Shown here in pieces: positions 44,669 through 53,465 of a stretch of DNA of 64,000 bases. A model generated the notes under the pieces. The model worked only from the letters and a program-made list of their open reading frames with translations, had not been told where the DNA came from and did not search any database. Source of the DNA: Paludibacteraceae bacterium (GTDB lineage: Bacteria; Bacteroidota; Bacteroidia; Bacteroidales; Paludibacteraceae); NCBI GenBank assembly GCA_045589755.1, contig JAZNPR010000010.1, forward strand, positions 11,439 through 75,438, given 5' to 3'. The position numbers and the translations under genes were made by a program. Position 1 is the first letter of the stretch. Each line of letters begins with the position of its first letter.

Positions 44669-45787
44669 TTATAATTGACTTTCGGGGGGGGGTAATTTGC
44701 CAATCTTTATAAATTCAGTTGGCGTATGTCCTACGATTTTCGTGAAATGTCGCCATGCTGTAGCGCGCGACCGATAGCCTGCGTCGTAGAACAGGTCTTG
44801 CACATTGGCGTTGGGGTTGGTCAACAGACATTGACATATATAGTCGATGCGTCTGCGATGTAGCATGTCGGACAAACTTTCGAATCCCAACTCTTTGGCT
44901 GCCAATTGGATATACGTCCTATTGGTTCCCACGCTATGTACTATCTCATCTCCTGTCAGTTCGGGGTCTTGCCATATCTCAGGTTGGTCCATCAGTTCTT
45001 GCAGTTTTTGTGCCACATGGTTGATGGTTTGTTGCGTGCTTTCGGGCGTTTCGGCGGCTGCGTAATAGTCGCGTACTTTTTCCAGCGGCACATGCAGTCG
45101 CTCGTAGTGCTCCGCATAGACGATGAATACGGAGATTATCAGGTAGAAGACCTCGTGGATGATATATCCTACGAATATCTGAATGCAGCGACTGACTATA
45201 TAGGTGCAAACCATCAGAACGAGGCAAGCTGTGAGCAGGTCGATGTATTTTTGTATATCGGGATTCTTGTGCTTATTTCGCATGTGTATCAGTCCAATGC
45301 AATAAGGGATGAACAGGGCTACAAATGCGATACGGATATACACATTTGGTTCCGAGATATGTGTTTTCAGTTGTTCGATGCTGTAGATATTGGTTATATC
45401 TCCCAATGCGCTTAGTGCGATGATGGGTATTGCAACGAGCACCGAGGGCAGTAGTATCAGTGCTGTTCGTTTCAGTGTGAGCCAATGGGGGCGTATCAAT
45501 TCTGCAATATAGCACCAGATCAGGAAGAAAATATAGAATCCTGGTATGAAGATAATGGGTGAAAACAGTTTGTATGTGTCCAGTATGTTGGTATTTTCGA
45601 GTGTCATGATCATCTCTGTGCACGATGCAATGGCAGAAATGGCAAAGAAAATGAATATGTAGTACCACCTGTGATTATCGGGGGTATGGTGTCTGATGAA
45701 AATCAGGGAGGCAGCAGCCAATTGCATGAACACATGTATGCCCAATATCACGAGGTAGAGTACAGATGTCAGATAGGTAAAATTCAT
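44669..45787 (-). CDS. membrane-bound AraC-family transcriptional regulator
   Basis: About 6-7 N-terminal TM helices, then a C-terminal AraC HTH (...IVHSVGTNRTYIQLAAKELGFESLSDMLHRRRIDY...DAGYRSRATAWRHFTKIVGHTPTEF). Confidence 0.75.
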   Translation of the reverse strand: MNFTYLTSVLYLVILGIHVFMQLAAASLIFIRHHTPDNHRWYYIFIFFAISAIASCTEMIMTLENTNILDTYKLFSPIIFIPGFYIFFLIWCYIAELIRPHWLTLKRTALILLPSVLVAIPIIALSALGDITNIYSIEQLKTHISEPNVYIRIAFVALFIPYCIGLIHMRNKHKNPDIQKYIDLLTACLVLMVCTYIVSRCIQIFVGYIIHEVFYLIISVFIVYAEHYERLHVPLEKVRDYYAAAETPESTQQTINHVAQKLQELMDQPEIWQDPELTGDEIVHSVGTNRTYIQLAAKELGFESLSDMLHRRRIDYICQCLLTNPNANVQDLFYDAGYRSRATAWRHFTKIVGHTPTEFIKIGKLPPPESQL

Positions 45788-45811
45788 GCTGTTGTTTCAG
45801 ATAGTCCGTGT

Positions 45812-46153
45812 TTATTTCTTGGGATACAACAATCGGAACACAAACGTACGCAGCGATGCACATGGCTGTTTCTTTCGTTTGCGTGATTCTGTTATGTGTT
45901 TGCGGAAAATCCGCTCATATTCAGCGCGTTGGGTTGGGTCGGCCAGTTGCGTGTCCACCTCTTTCCACGTGTCACGAAAGCGCGCCTGCGCTTGTTGTTG
46001 TGCCTCAGTAGGATTGTCCACGCGATTGGGGTGATCCATACCTATGCCGTATAGTTGTCCCGTGTGCTTGTTGGCACGGATATAGATGCGCTCATTGCTG
46101 ATGAACTTGCCCGTGATTGAGGCAAATGGCGAAGAAGGTGTAATTTTTGACAT
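45812..46153 (-). CDS. small basic protein, paralog family copy 3
   Basis: 113 aa. N-terminus SSPFASITGKFIS and central NPTEAQQQAQARF align with the family at 57..742. Lies 24 nt upstream of the AraC-like gene. Confidence 0.5.
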   Translation of the reverse strand: MSKITPSSPFASITGKFISNERIYIRANKHTGQLYGIGMDHPNRVDNPTEAQQQAQARFRDTWKEVDTQLADPTQRAEYERIFRKHITESRKRKKQPCASLRTFVFRLLYPKK

Positions 46154-46196
46154 ATCATTAAAATTTTGTACTCGTATACAGTTGACACTATATATT

Positions 46197-46250
46197 TATT
46201 CTTGAGCGCGGCAGGGAGTTGATTGCCGCGCAATGTTGTTGAAAATAAAT
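46197..46250 (+). repeat. short version of the GCGGCAGGGAG...TTGATTGCCGCG.AATGTTGT element
   Basis: ttattcttgagcgcggcagggagttgattgccgcgcaatgttgt...atgttgt matches both ends of the 103-bp repeats at 60236 and 60388, minus their internal ~41 nt. 8-bp stem GCGCGGCA/TGCCGCGC. Confidence 0.7.
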
Positions 46251-46288
46251 GTTGTTATGGTTGTTGACTAAGATAATTCTTGTTGTTT

Positions 46289-46681
46289 TTATTCCTGCTC
46301 TTTCGCTTGGGTGTATAGTACATGGAATATATACCCGTATAGTGTGGTGATTACTGGCTTGCGGCGCGATGAATAGGGCAAATGTTCATTGGAGGCAGCG
46401 GGTCGTTTATACGATGGATTATGCTTGTTTGTGTATGCAGCGAACTCTTTCTCCCACATGGCGCGTTTCTCCATATCCGCCATTTCGGCGTATGCTTGTT
46501 TGGAGATTTGACCAAAAAGCGACGAGTTGCGTTTTTGTGTTTCCGATGGTGGTTGCTCATTAGGGTGTGCAATCACGTATGCATGGGTGCGACCATTGCG
46601 CATGCGGTAGATCACTTGCTGGTGTTTAGATATCGCTCCAGCCACCGCCGCTACAGGAGCATCAAGAAGAATCTTTGCCAT
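46289..46681 (-). CDS. small basic protein, paralog family copy 4
   Basis: 130 aa. N-terminus APVAAVAGAISK, central PPSETQKRNSSLFGQISKQAY, C-terminus TLYGYIFHVLY. Same architecture as the other three copies. Confidence 0.5.
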   Translation of the reverse strand: MAKILLDAPVAAVAGAISKHQQVIYRMRNGRTHAYVIAHPNEQPPSETQKRNSSLFGQISKQAYAEMADMEKRAMWEKEFAAYTNKHNPSYKRPAASNEHLPYSSRRKPVITTLYGYIFHVLYTQAKEQE

Positions 46682-46752
46682 GATTGTTATGTTGTTGATC
46701 CGATTGTTTATATTGTTGTTTTATAATAGTTGTCTCTGTTGTCTTTATCCCT

Positions 46753-47181
46753 ATTTCAGTTTGCATATTTATTTTGTTTAGGGTTGCTAATGCGCAATGC
46801 GCATTCTTTCAACCCAAACAAAATAATCTCCTTGATTTTTATTTATTTTTGTAGCCCTCACAGAGGGCGTATTTTTGTTTCAAAAAAACATCCTTGAATT
46901 GACAAGAATTGACAACCCAATTGATGCCAATTGTCTTAATACTCACCCCGTTTCCCGCTTTTATATATTTCAGTTTGTATATTCATTTTGTTTGGGGTTG
47001 CTAATGCGCGTTGCGCATTCTTTCAACCCAAACAAAATAATCTCCTTGATTTTTATTTATTTTTGTAGCCCTCACAGAGGGCGTATTTTTGTTTCAAAAA
47101 AAACATCCTTGAATTGACAAGAATTGACAACCCAATTGACGCCAATTGTCTTACTAATCACCCTGTTTTACGCTTTCGCCT
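46753..47181. repeat. 2 x ~214-bp tandem direct repeat in the divergent control region
   Basis: Copy 1 is 46753-46966 and copy 2 is 46967-~47181, well over 90 percent identical by eye. Each copy carries a 12-13-bp stem (ttttgttt.gggtt / aacccaaacaaaa) enclosing the palindrome aatgcgca-a-tgcgcatt, the hairpin gccctc-aca-gagggc, and the direct words gaattgacaa x2 and ccaattg x2. Confidence 0.9.
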
Positions 47182-47182
47182 G

Positions 47183-47190
47183 CAAAGGTA
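47183..47190 (-). promoter_or_regulatory. -7 box (TACCTTTG) directing transcription through the tandem repeat toward 46681
   Basis: The reverse complement of caaaggta. It would give a ~500-nt leader for the P4-P3-AraC operon. Confidence 0.45.
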
Positions 47191-47271
47191 CTAAATTTCC
47201 CCGACACTACCAAATTTTTTCGCTAAAAAATCTCATTTTTTCCTCATTTTTCCCTCCCCATATCTTTCTAT

Positions 47272-47374
47272 ACATTCCCGATACATACCCGATACATTCC
47301 CGACACATACCCGATACATACGTATATCCCATGAATACTCTACGAATACCCCGCGTATACCCCACGAATACCCC
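47272..47374. repeat. word repeats (CCCGATACAT x4; CGAATACCCC x3)
   Basis: acattcccgatacatacccgatacattcccgacacatacccgatacatacg...ctacgaataccccgcgtataccccacgaatacccc read directly. The ORFs called here on both strands are repeat artefacts. Confidence 0.85.
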
Positions 47375-47573
47375 AAATCGCCTACTAAAATGATAGAAGC
47401 ACCTCCTATCCCCCCACTCTCTATTGGCTGTTTTGTGCACGGCGGTGGTCCGCCGTGTAACCAACTTTGCATGAAACACCCTCTTTTGCTACTTCGACTT
47501 TACAAAATGAAAATAAATGGGGGGGGTAAAATGCTTATTGGGATGTTTAATTGCAAAATTCATATATTTTTTG

Positions 47574-47581
47574 TACCTTTG
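47574..47581 (+). promoter_or_regulatory. -7 box TACCTTTG for cassette 1
   Basis: Exact match ~80 nt upstream of the ATG at 47660. Confidence 0.5.
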
Positions 47582-47659
47582 CACAATTTATAGTGTCTTT
47601 AGTTGAAAAGACTTTTATACGAGTATAAAAAATAGTAGAATTTGATAAAACAACCATAC

Positions 47660-48139
47660 ATGAAACAACTGCACAACACATGGAATTTCATTCACCGACT
47701 CTGGTATAGAGCCGAATATGTCTCCGTGATATGCCTAATGTTGTGGCTATCTGTGCCTACTCAGGCACAAGTGTACTCTACTGCGCGATACTCTACTGCG
47801 CAAACCTACACATACGATATGCCATACGATGCCTACGACGCACAGTTTGGGGAAACGCAAGTGGAGCCCAACAATTATCAGCCCTATCGCTCGACTATCT
47901 ATGAGCCATTCAGCAATGCCAAACCTACTGGACCCCAACGCGGTGGTGCGATTGGCGAGGAGGAAGATGATGACGACAATTCAGAAGACGATTGGGTGGG
48001 CGATTTCGGTCACCCCAGTGACCCTAACCAGTCACAGAACAGCCCTGTAGGCGACGCTTGGGTGCTGCTACTTTTTGCAGCCGTTGCCGCAGGAGTGGTA
48101 TATAAGAAACAACGAACATTAACAACGAAAACATTATAA
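47660..48139 (+). CDS. small secreted/anchored protein with C-terminal SPVGD-TM-basic tail (cassette 1)
   Basis: ATG at 47660 (the track ORF starts at an upstream TTG). Signal-peptide-like VICLMLWLSVPTQAQ, an acidic run EEEDDDDNSEDD, and the tail NSPVGDAWVLLLFAAVAAGVVYKKQRTL. Lies 6 nt before the giant gene. Confidence 0.65.
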   Translation: MKQLHNTWNFIHRLWYRAEYVSVICLMLWLSVPTQAQVYSTARYSTAQTYTYDMPYDAYDAQFGETQVEPNNYQPYRSTIYEPFSNAKPTGPQRGGAIGEEEDDDDNSEDDWVGDFGHPSDPNQSQNSPVGDAWVLLLFAAVAAGVVYKKQRTLTTKTL

Positions 48140-48145
48140 AGCAAT

Positions 48146-51100
48146 ATGAAACACAATATACTCAAATCGCTCTTCATCGCAGCCATTTTCATGGCTGGAA
48201 CAACTAATGTATGGGCAGAGAAAGGATTTTTCGAAAGTGGACAATGGGATGTGTACTATTGGAACGGAAGCAATGACAAATGGGCTGGTTCTCATAACGA
48301 TGGTAGCACCTATGATTTAGGCATCCAAACGACTCTTTACTTAAAACAAGGCTGGGTAAAAACTTGGTCTAATAATAGTTGGACACAATCTGAAGTTGTA
48401 TGGTATTGGGGGTGGAATGACAACTATAGCAACAATTGGAAAACAAACAAGAGCAACGTACAGGGAGATCAAACATGGGATTTTGACATTAACGACTACG
48501 ACATGATTGGTAACGCCCCCAACAATCCTGGTCACAACACATTGTGCATGTATTGGCGATTAGATAATTACGTATCTTCAAAAGCAAGTTATATCAACTT
48601 CACCATCCCTGGTTTTACAACTACAAGCGCAAGCCAAACATTTGATAACACTACCGTTGGTAGCAGCAGTTCAAAAACAATTTCGTTTGGTACACACTAT
48701 GGAACAGCGTTAAAAACATCAAACTGCTCTATTGCGGGAACTAATGCATCGGAGTTTACGGTAACAAGCATAAACGAATCAGGCGTTACTGTTACGTTCA
48801 ATCCAACATCAGCAGGAAACAAGACAGCTACACTAACTATCACAGATGCACACAGCAAGAAATGTACTATTACACTAAGTGCTAAAACCCAATACACGGT
48901 AACTTATTCAAAAGGCAACTACGGAACAGGAAACAACGTAACCGATAACAAAGTATATGGTACAGCTTTGACCCTCAAAGATAAAGGTAACTTCACTCGT
49001 GAACATTACACACAAACAGCTTGGAATACTAATGCAAATGGTACAGGAGGAACATCGTATGCTTTGAAAGCGAGTTATACACAAGAAGCAGCCCTGCAAC
49101 TTTATCCAACTTGGACTCCAATAGAATACCAAATTACCTACCACCACATTGACGGTGCCACACACACAAACCCCACCTCTTACACTGTAGAGACGCCTAC
49201 TTTCACCCTGCAAGCGCCTACTAAAGAGCTCTATACCTTTGAGGGCTGGTATCAGCAAGCAGATTTCAGCGGGGATAAGGTGACCCAAATCACCGAAGGC
49301 ACTACAGGCAACATCGACCTCTATGCCAAATGGTCAGAGACCAAATACTCCGTAAATATCTACTCCAACAATAGCCATTATGGTATCACCACTCCCAGCG
49401 GAGCTAATTGGGTAGGTCCTACTCCTGTAGAAATCACCGCTATCCCTCATAACGGCTATCGCTTTACCCATTGGACTACCACAGGCGGCGCTTCGATTGC
49501 CGATCCGAACAGCGCAACCACCACTATCACAGCTACCGCTACGGGTACAGTCCTCGCCCACTTCGTGGAGAGCCTCTTCCCCATTACCGTTCAGTCGTCC
49601 AACATCGCTCACGGCAAAGTTACCCAATCCGCCACACAAGCAGGCGTAAGCACCGCCATCACTATCACCGCAGACCCAATAGAGGGATTTGAGTTCACTG
49701 GTTGGAGCAAAGATGGCGACATCACTATCGCCAATATCAATAGCGCAACTACTACCCTCACCGCTACAGGTGAAGGTACCGTCACCGCAAACTTCGCACC
49801 AAAAGGTAGTACGCCTATTTATTTCAGAGCAAATCACGCATGGACAGCATCTAAGGCGTGGTTTGCTGTGTATTATTGGGAAACTGGCAAAGACCCAGGT
49901 TGGAGTGTACTCAATCCTATTTGCGGTAATGACTACTACAAAGCCGAAGTACCCGCTGGATATACAGGATTTAAGTTCGTGCGTTTCAGACCTTCAACAG
50001 CTGATGGATATAACTCTGATAATGGTGGTCTGAACTGGACTAATCCATGGAATCAATCAGGCGATCTTGTCGTGCCTACCGATGGAAAGACTATGTTTGA
50101 TACCAAGAAAGTATATCTCAAGCCCAATGACAAATGGAAAACGGATAATATGCGTTTTGCGGCATACTTCTATGTATCAAGCAATGATAGCAAAAACAAG
50201 TGGATGAACATGGAATTAACAAGCATAGATGGCGTATATTCATGTGATATTCCTACCGAATACGAAAGTGCTGATGACTACAACCATGTTATCTTCTGCC
50301 GCATGGATCCAAGCAAAGAAGAAAACAATTGGGACAACTGCAAGAATCAATCAGATAACTTTAAGTTATTTAGCACTGAGAGTGGAACTTTCGACAAGAA
50401 CTGCTTTACCTTATGGAACGACCAATGGGGTAACAAAAGCCAACCTGCCACGGGCTACTGGTCCCTCGTCAACGACGAAGCTACCTACGACGTAACACTC
50501 TACTCTTGTTCGTTTGGTGAGTATGGCTTTATCTACAATAACGTAGAGTACACCTCTCCCGAATCTGGCAATATCACCTACCAAATACCTATCAATGCGA
50601 CTGTCAAAGTGTTTAGCAGACCTTATAGCAAGGAGTACCGCGGAGATGTGATGGTAAACCAATCTGGTACCAAATGGGAAATCACACCAGACAACCCTCT
50701 GCTCAACATTACTTGCAACACTATCCTCGACGACAACTACAAGACTACTGGCGAACACGAAGTGTATCTGGCAGTGCCTAATAACAGTGGTTCATGGGTA
50801 ACGAATGAAGCTACACTCCACTACCTCTACGCTTTCCACGACCGAACAGAATCGGGGCAAGGCATACCCGTTCAGATGACCGAAGTAGGACACGCAAATG
50901 TCGAATTAAATTCACAAAACGTGGACCACATCTACTATCGCTGCGTAATCCCTGCGGAAGTCAATACTATCCGCTTCGAAAAACGCTCTAACGCTACAAC
51001 TACTGTTCTCAGTACCATCGACCTGCGCTACGACATTCCGCTTAATAGCGTAAACTGCTACCGACTCGATAGAAAAGAAGATGCAAATAGCAACCAAAGT

Positions 51101-53461
51101 TACGCAGGCGTTTGGGAGCAAGCCCCAGGCTTCGGCGGCGACTTCCGTCTTGTACATCACCGCGCGAGTGGTGTGACATACACCTCTGACGTTATCCGCC
51201 ATGGCACAATATCGCAAGTAGTGAGTATGCACATCTACCCTGTGGATGCAAATGCTGGGTACCCCAAACTGGAACTCCAACAATGTGTCAATGGTAATTG
51301 GGTAACCGTAAGCGGACAAACCAAACTGGTGAAGGACATCAACAAAATTATGAACGACCAACAAGACAATGGTTGCGGTGTATGGAACTTTACCGTCACT
51401 ACCGATGGCGGCGACAAAGCCGAGGTGAAGTTCAGCACCCCACAACGCTACACGGGCAACTACTATATCCGCACCAACAATGCCGAAGGCGAATGGCGCA
51501 ACTATACCCTCAGCACCAACCACATGACCTTCTCATCCTACGCTAAGAACCATAGCGAATATACCCACTATTTCTGCCGTTACATAGATGTTATAGATAA
51601 TAGCAAAGTACCAGGTCACAACAAGAACGTGAAGTTTATCATCGCCAACGATTATGCAGCTGTTCTCTCCAACGAGATGACTGGCGACGAACATACCACC
51701 TCAGGCGGTGACCTTCCTGAGAGTGCTAACGTGCGCTGGACATGGAACGAAGTGACCAACACAGTCTCCCGCGCGTATATATTAGGTTCGCACGGAAGCT
51801 ATGACCATATCGTTGCAAATGGCAATCGTCTCAACGACCAAGAAGACTGGATATATGAGATTGACATTAAGAATGTAACCAAGGGAACTCTGCTTGATAT
51901 TCAGGCTACATACCCTTCTACAACAAAGGACGGTGTATTGCCTCTAACCCAAACCTTTGCCGAAGACTTGGAGATGATTCACACTGATGCTGGCAACTCC
52001 AACGAATACACCGTGCGCGTAATGTACGACTTCAAGATCAACAAGACCCTCATCATGCTCCTACCCGATCAAGCTGATCCTGCCAATATCGGTGTGGATG
52101 TGCTCATTGACCGCACCGACCAAGGCGAAGCAACACAAGTACAATCTACAGTTACAAGCAACAAGGGCTACACCGTATATTCTACCCTGACGCTGACGAA
52201 GGATCACCTGCTCGGCAATGGTACCGAATGGGAACGCCTCTACTATTGGATTTCCTTCCCATTTGATGTGCGTATCTCCGAAATCTTTGGTTTTGGCGAG
52301 TACGGCAAGCATTATATCATACAATACTACGACGGTGCCGAACGTGCTAAGAACGGTTGCTGGGCAGATAGTCCTACCTATTGGCGACAAATCACCGACA
52401 CTACCTACTCCGCGCGTAGCGAAGATGCCAATGGCGGAAACGAAGACGCCAATGGCAACCCTAACAACGGTATCCTCGTAGCCAACAAGGGTTATGTATT
52501 GGCGCTTGCACGAAACATTGCTAATAGCAATATCTTCAAACATGGCAATGAATACGTGCGCCTCTACTTCCCATCGCGAGAGAAAATCTATAGTATCAAT
52601 GGTGATATACAAAATACCTCTGTCTATCTCATGCCACACACTTGCACCATCACGCGCGAAGACCGTAATATCTACGATAGCAACTGGCATATCATAGGTG
52701 TACCTTCCTACGCAGACAAAACGCAGACACTCACACAAGACGACATGCTCTACTACTATACCTACAACACCAGCAACAATACCTATAGTGTGACTTCGGC
52801 GAAGGATGTGCAAGTAAAATTCAACTCCATGCAAGCTTATATGGTGCAGTTTGCAGGAAACATCAATTGGCAATCGACATGGGAGTTGCAACCGCAACAA
52901 ATCCTCGCACGCCGTACCGCGGAGATGCCTGACCACTACTCCCTCCGCCTCGAACTCCAACGCGATGGTCAATATGCCGACCAGACCTTTATCCAGCTGC
53001 AAGCCGAAGGCGCTACCACGGACTACGATATGAATCAAGACCTGACGAAGATCATCAACACAGGTGCAAACATCTACACCCTCGCAGGCGAGAAGCATAT
53101 CCAATTGGCTGGTAATGTGCTACCTTCTGCCAAGACAACTATCCCTGTAGGCGTACAAGTGGCTCAGGCAGGCACTTACACCTTCGCACTACCTGACGGT
53201 ACCAGTGGCATCAGTGCCACCCTTGTGGACAACCTCTCGGGCATACACACCAACCTGCTGCTGGACGGCTACACCGTCACCCTCGATGCAGGTGCCACAG
53301 AGGGTCGTTTCTATATCGTGCTCGACCCAGACCGCACTGCGACTGCTGTAGAGAACATCGGCGATGCACAAGGCGATAAGACACAGAAGTTCCTCATCGA
53401 CGGACAACTCATCATCAAGCATGATGGCATTAAGTATAACGTACAAGGCGAAAAACTTTAA
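48146..53461 (+). CDS. giant (1771 aa) secreted protein with Listeria-Bacteroides (InlB B-repeat-like) repeats, CBM-like modules and a T9SS CTD
   Basis: Signal peptide. Repeats such as YTVTYSKGNYGTG...YTQTAWNT.ANGTG, YTFEGWYQQADFSG, NGYRFTHW, EGFEFTGW. Two modules resemble starch-binding-like beta-sandwiches (IYFRANHAW..WFAVYYW; VYLKPNDKW..FAAYFYV). The tail TAVENIGDAQGDKTQKFLIDGQLIIKHDGIKYNVQGEKL is T9SS CTD-like. Confidence 0.8.
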   Translation: MKHNILKSLFIAAIFMAGTTNVWAEKGFFESGQWDVYYWNGSNDKWAGSHNDGSTYDLGIQTTLYLKQGWVKTWSNNSWTQSEVVWYWGWNDNYSNNWKTNKSNVQGDQTWDFDINDYDMIGNAPNNPGHNTLCMYWRLDNYVSSKASYINFTIPGFTTTSASQTFDNTTVGSSSSKTISFGTHYGTALKTSNCSIAGTNASEFTVTSINESGVTVTFNPTSAGNKTATLTITDAHSKKCTITLSAKTQYTVTYSKGNYGTGNNVTDNKVYGTALTLKDKGNFTREHYTQTAWNTNANGTGGTSYALKASYTQEAALQLYPTWTPIEYQITYHHIDGATHTNPTSYTVETPTFTLQAPTKELYTFEGWYQQADFSGDKVTQITEGTTGNIDLYAKWSETKYSVNIYSNNSHYGITTPSGANWVGPTPVEITAIPHNGYRFTHWTTTGGASIADPNSATTTITATATGTVLAHFVESLFPITVQSSNIAHGKVTQSATQAGVSTAITITADPIEGFEFTGWSKDGDITIANINSATTTLTATGEGTVTANFAPKGSTPIYFRANHAWTASKAWFAVYYWETGKDPGWSVLNPICGNDYYKAEVPAGYTGFKFVRFRPSTADGYNSDNGGLNWTNPWNQSGDLVVPTDGKTMFDTKKVYLKPNDKWKTDNMRFAAYFYVSSNDSKNKWMNMELTSIDGVYSCDIPTEYESADDYNHVIFCRMDPSKEENNWDNCKNQSDNFKLFSTESGTFDKNCFTLWNDQWGNKSQPATGYWSLVNDEATYDVTLYSCSFGEYGFIYNNVEYTSPESGNITYQIPINATVKVFSRPYSKEYRGDVMVNQSGTKWEITPDNPLLNITCNTILDDNYKTTGEHEVYLAVPNNSGSWVTNEATLHYLYAFHDRTESGQGIPVQMTEVGHANVELNSQNVDHIYYRCVIPAEVNTIRFEKRSNATTTVLSTIDLRYDIPLNSVNCYRLDRKEDANSNQSYAGVWEQAPGFGGDFRLVHHRASGVTYTSDVIRHGTISQVVSMHIYPVDANAGYPKLELQQCVNGNWVTVSGQTKLVKDINKIMNDQQDNGCGVWNFTVTTDGGDKAEVKFSTPQRYTGNYYIRTNNAEGEWRNYTLSTNHMTFSSYAKNHSEYTHYFCRYIDVIDNSKVPGHNKNVKFIIANDYAAVLSNEMTGDEHTTSGGDLPESANVRWTWNEVTNTVSRAYILGSHGSYDHIVANGNRLNDQEDWIYEIDIKNVTKGTLLDIQATYPSTTKDGVLPLTQTFAEDLEMIHTDAGNSNEYTVRVMYDFKINKTLIMLLPDQADPANIGVDVLIDRTDQGEATQVQSTVTSNKGYTVYSTLTLTKDHLLGNGTEWERLYYWISFPFDVRISEIFGFGEYGKHYIIQYYDGAERAKNGCWADSPTYWRQITDTTYSARSEDANGGNEDANGNPNNGILVANKGYVLALARNIANSNIFKHGNEYVRLYFPSREKIYSINGDIQNTSVYLMPHTCTITREDRNIYDSNWHIIGVPSYADKTQTLTQDDMLYYYTYNTSNNTYSVTSAKDVQVKFNSMQAYMVQFAGNINWQSTWELQPQQILARRTAEMPDHYSLRLELQRDGQYADQTFIQLQAEGATTDYDMNQDLTKIINTGANIYTLAGEKHIQLAGNVLPSAKTTIPVGVQVAQAGTYTFALPDGTSGISATLVDNLSGIHTNLLLDGYTVTLDAGATEGRFYIVLDPDRTATAVENIGDAQGDKTQKFLIDGQLIIKHDGIKYNVQGEKL

Positions 53462-53465
53462 GGCA

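Noticed and set aside
47124-47593. Overlapping ORFs on both strands (47124..47393, 47207..47479, 47233..47472, 47390..47593).
   Set aside because: They are generated by CCCGATACAT/CGAATACCCC word repeats and a G7 run in a divergent promoter region. There are mutually overlapping frames and no coding signal.
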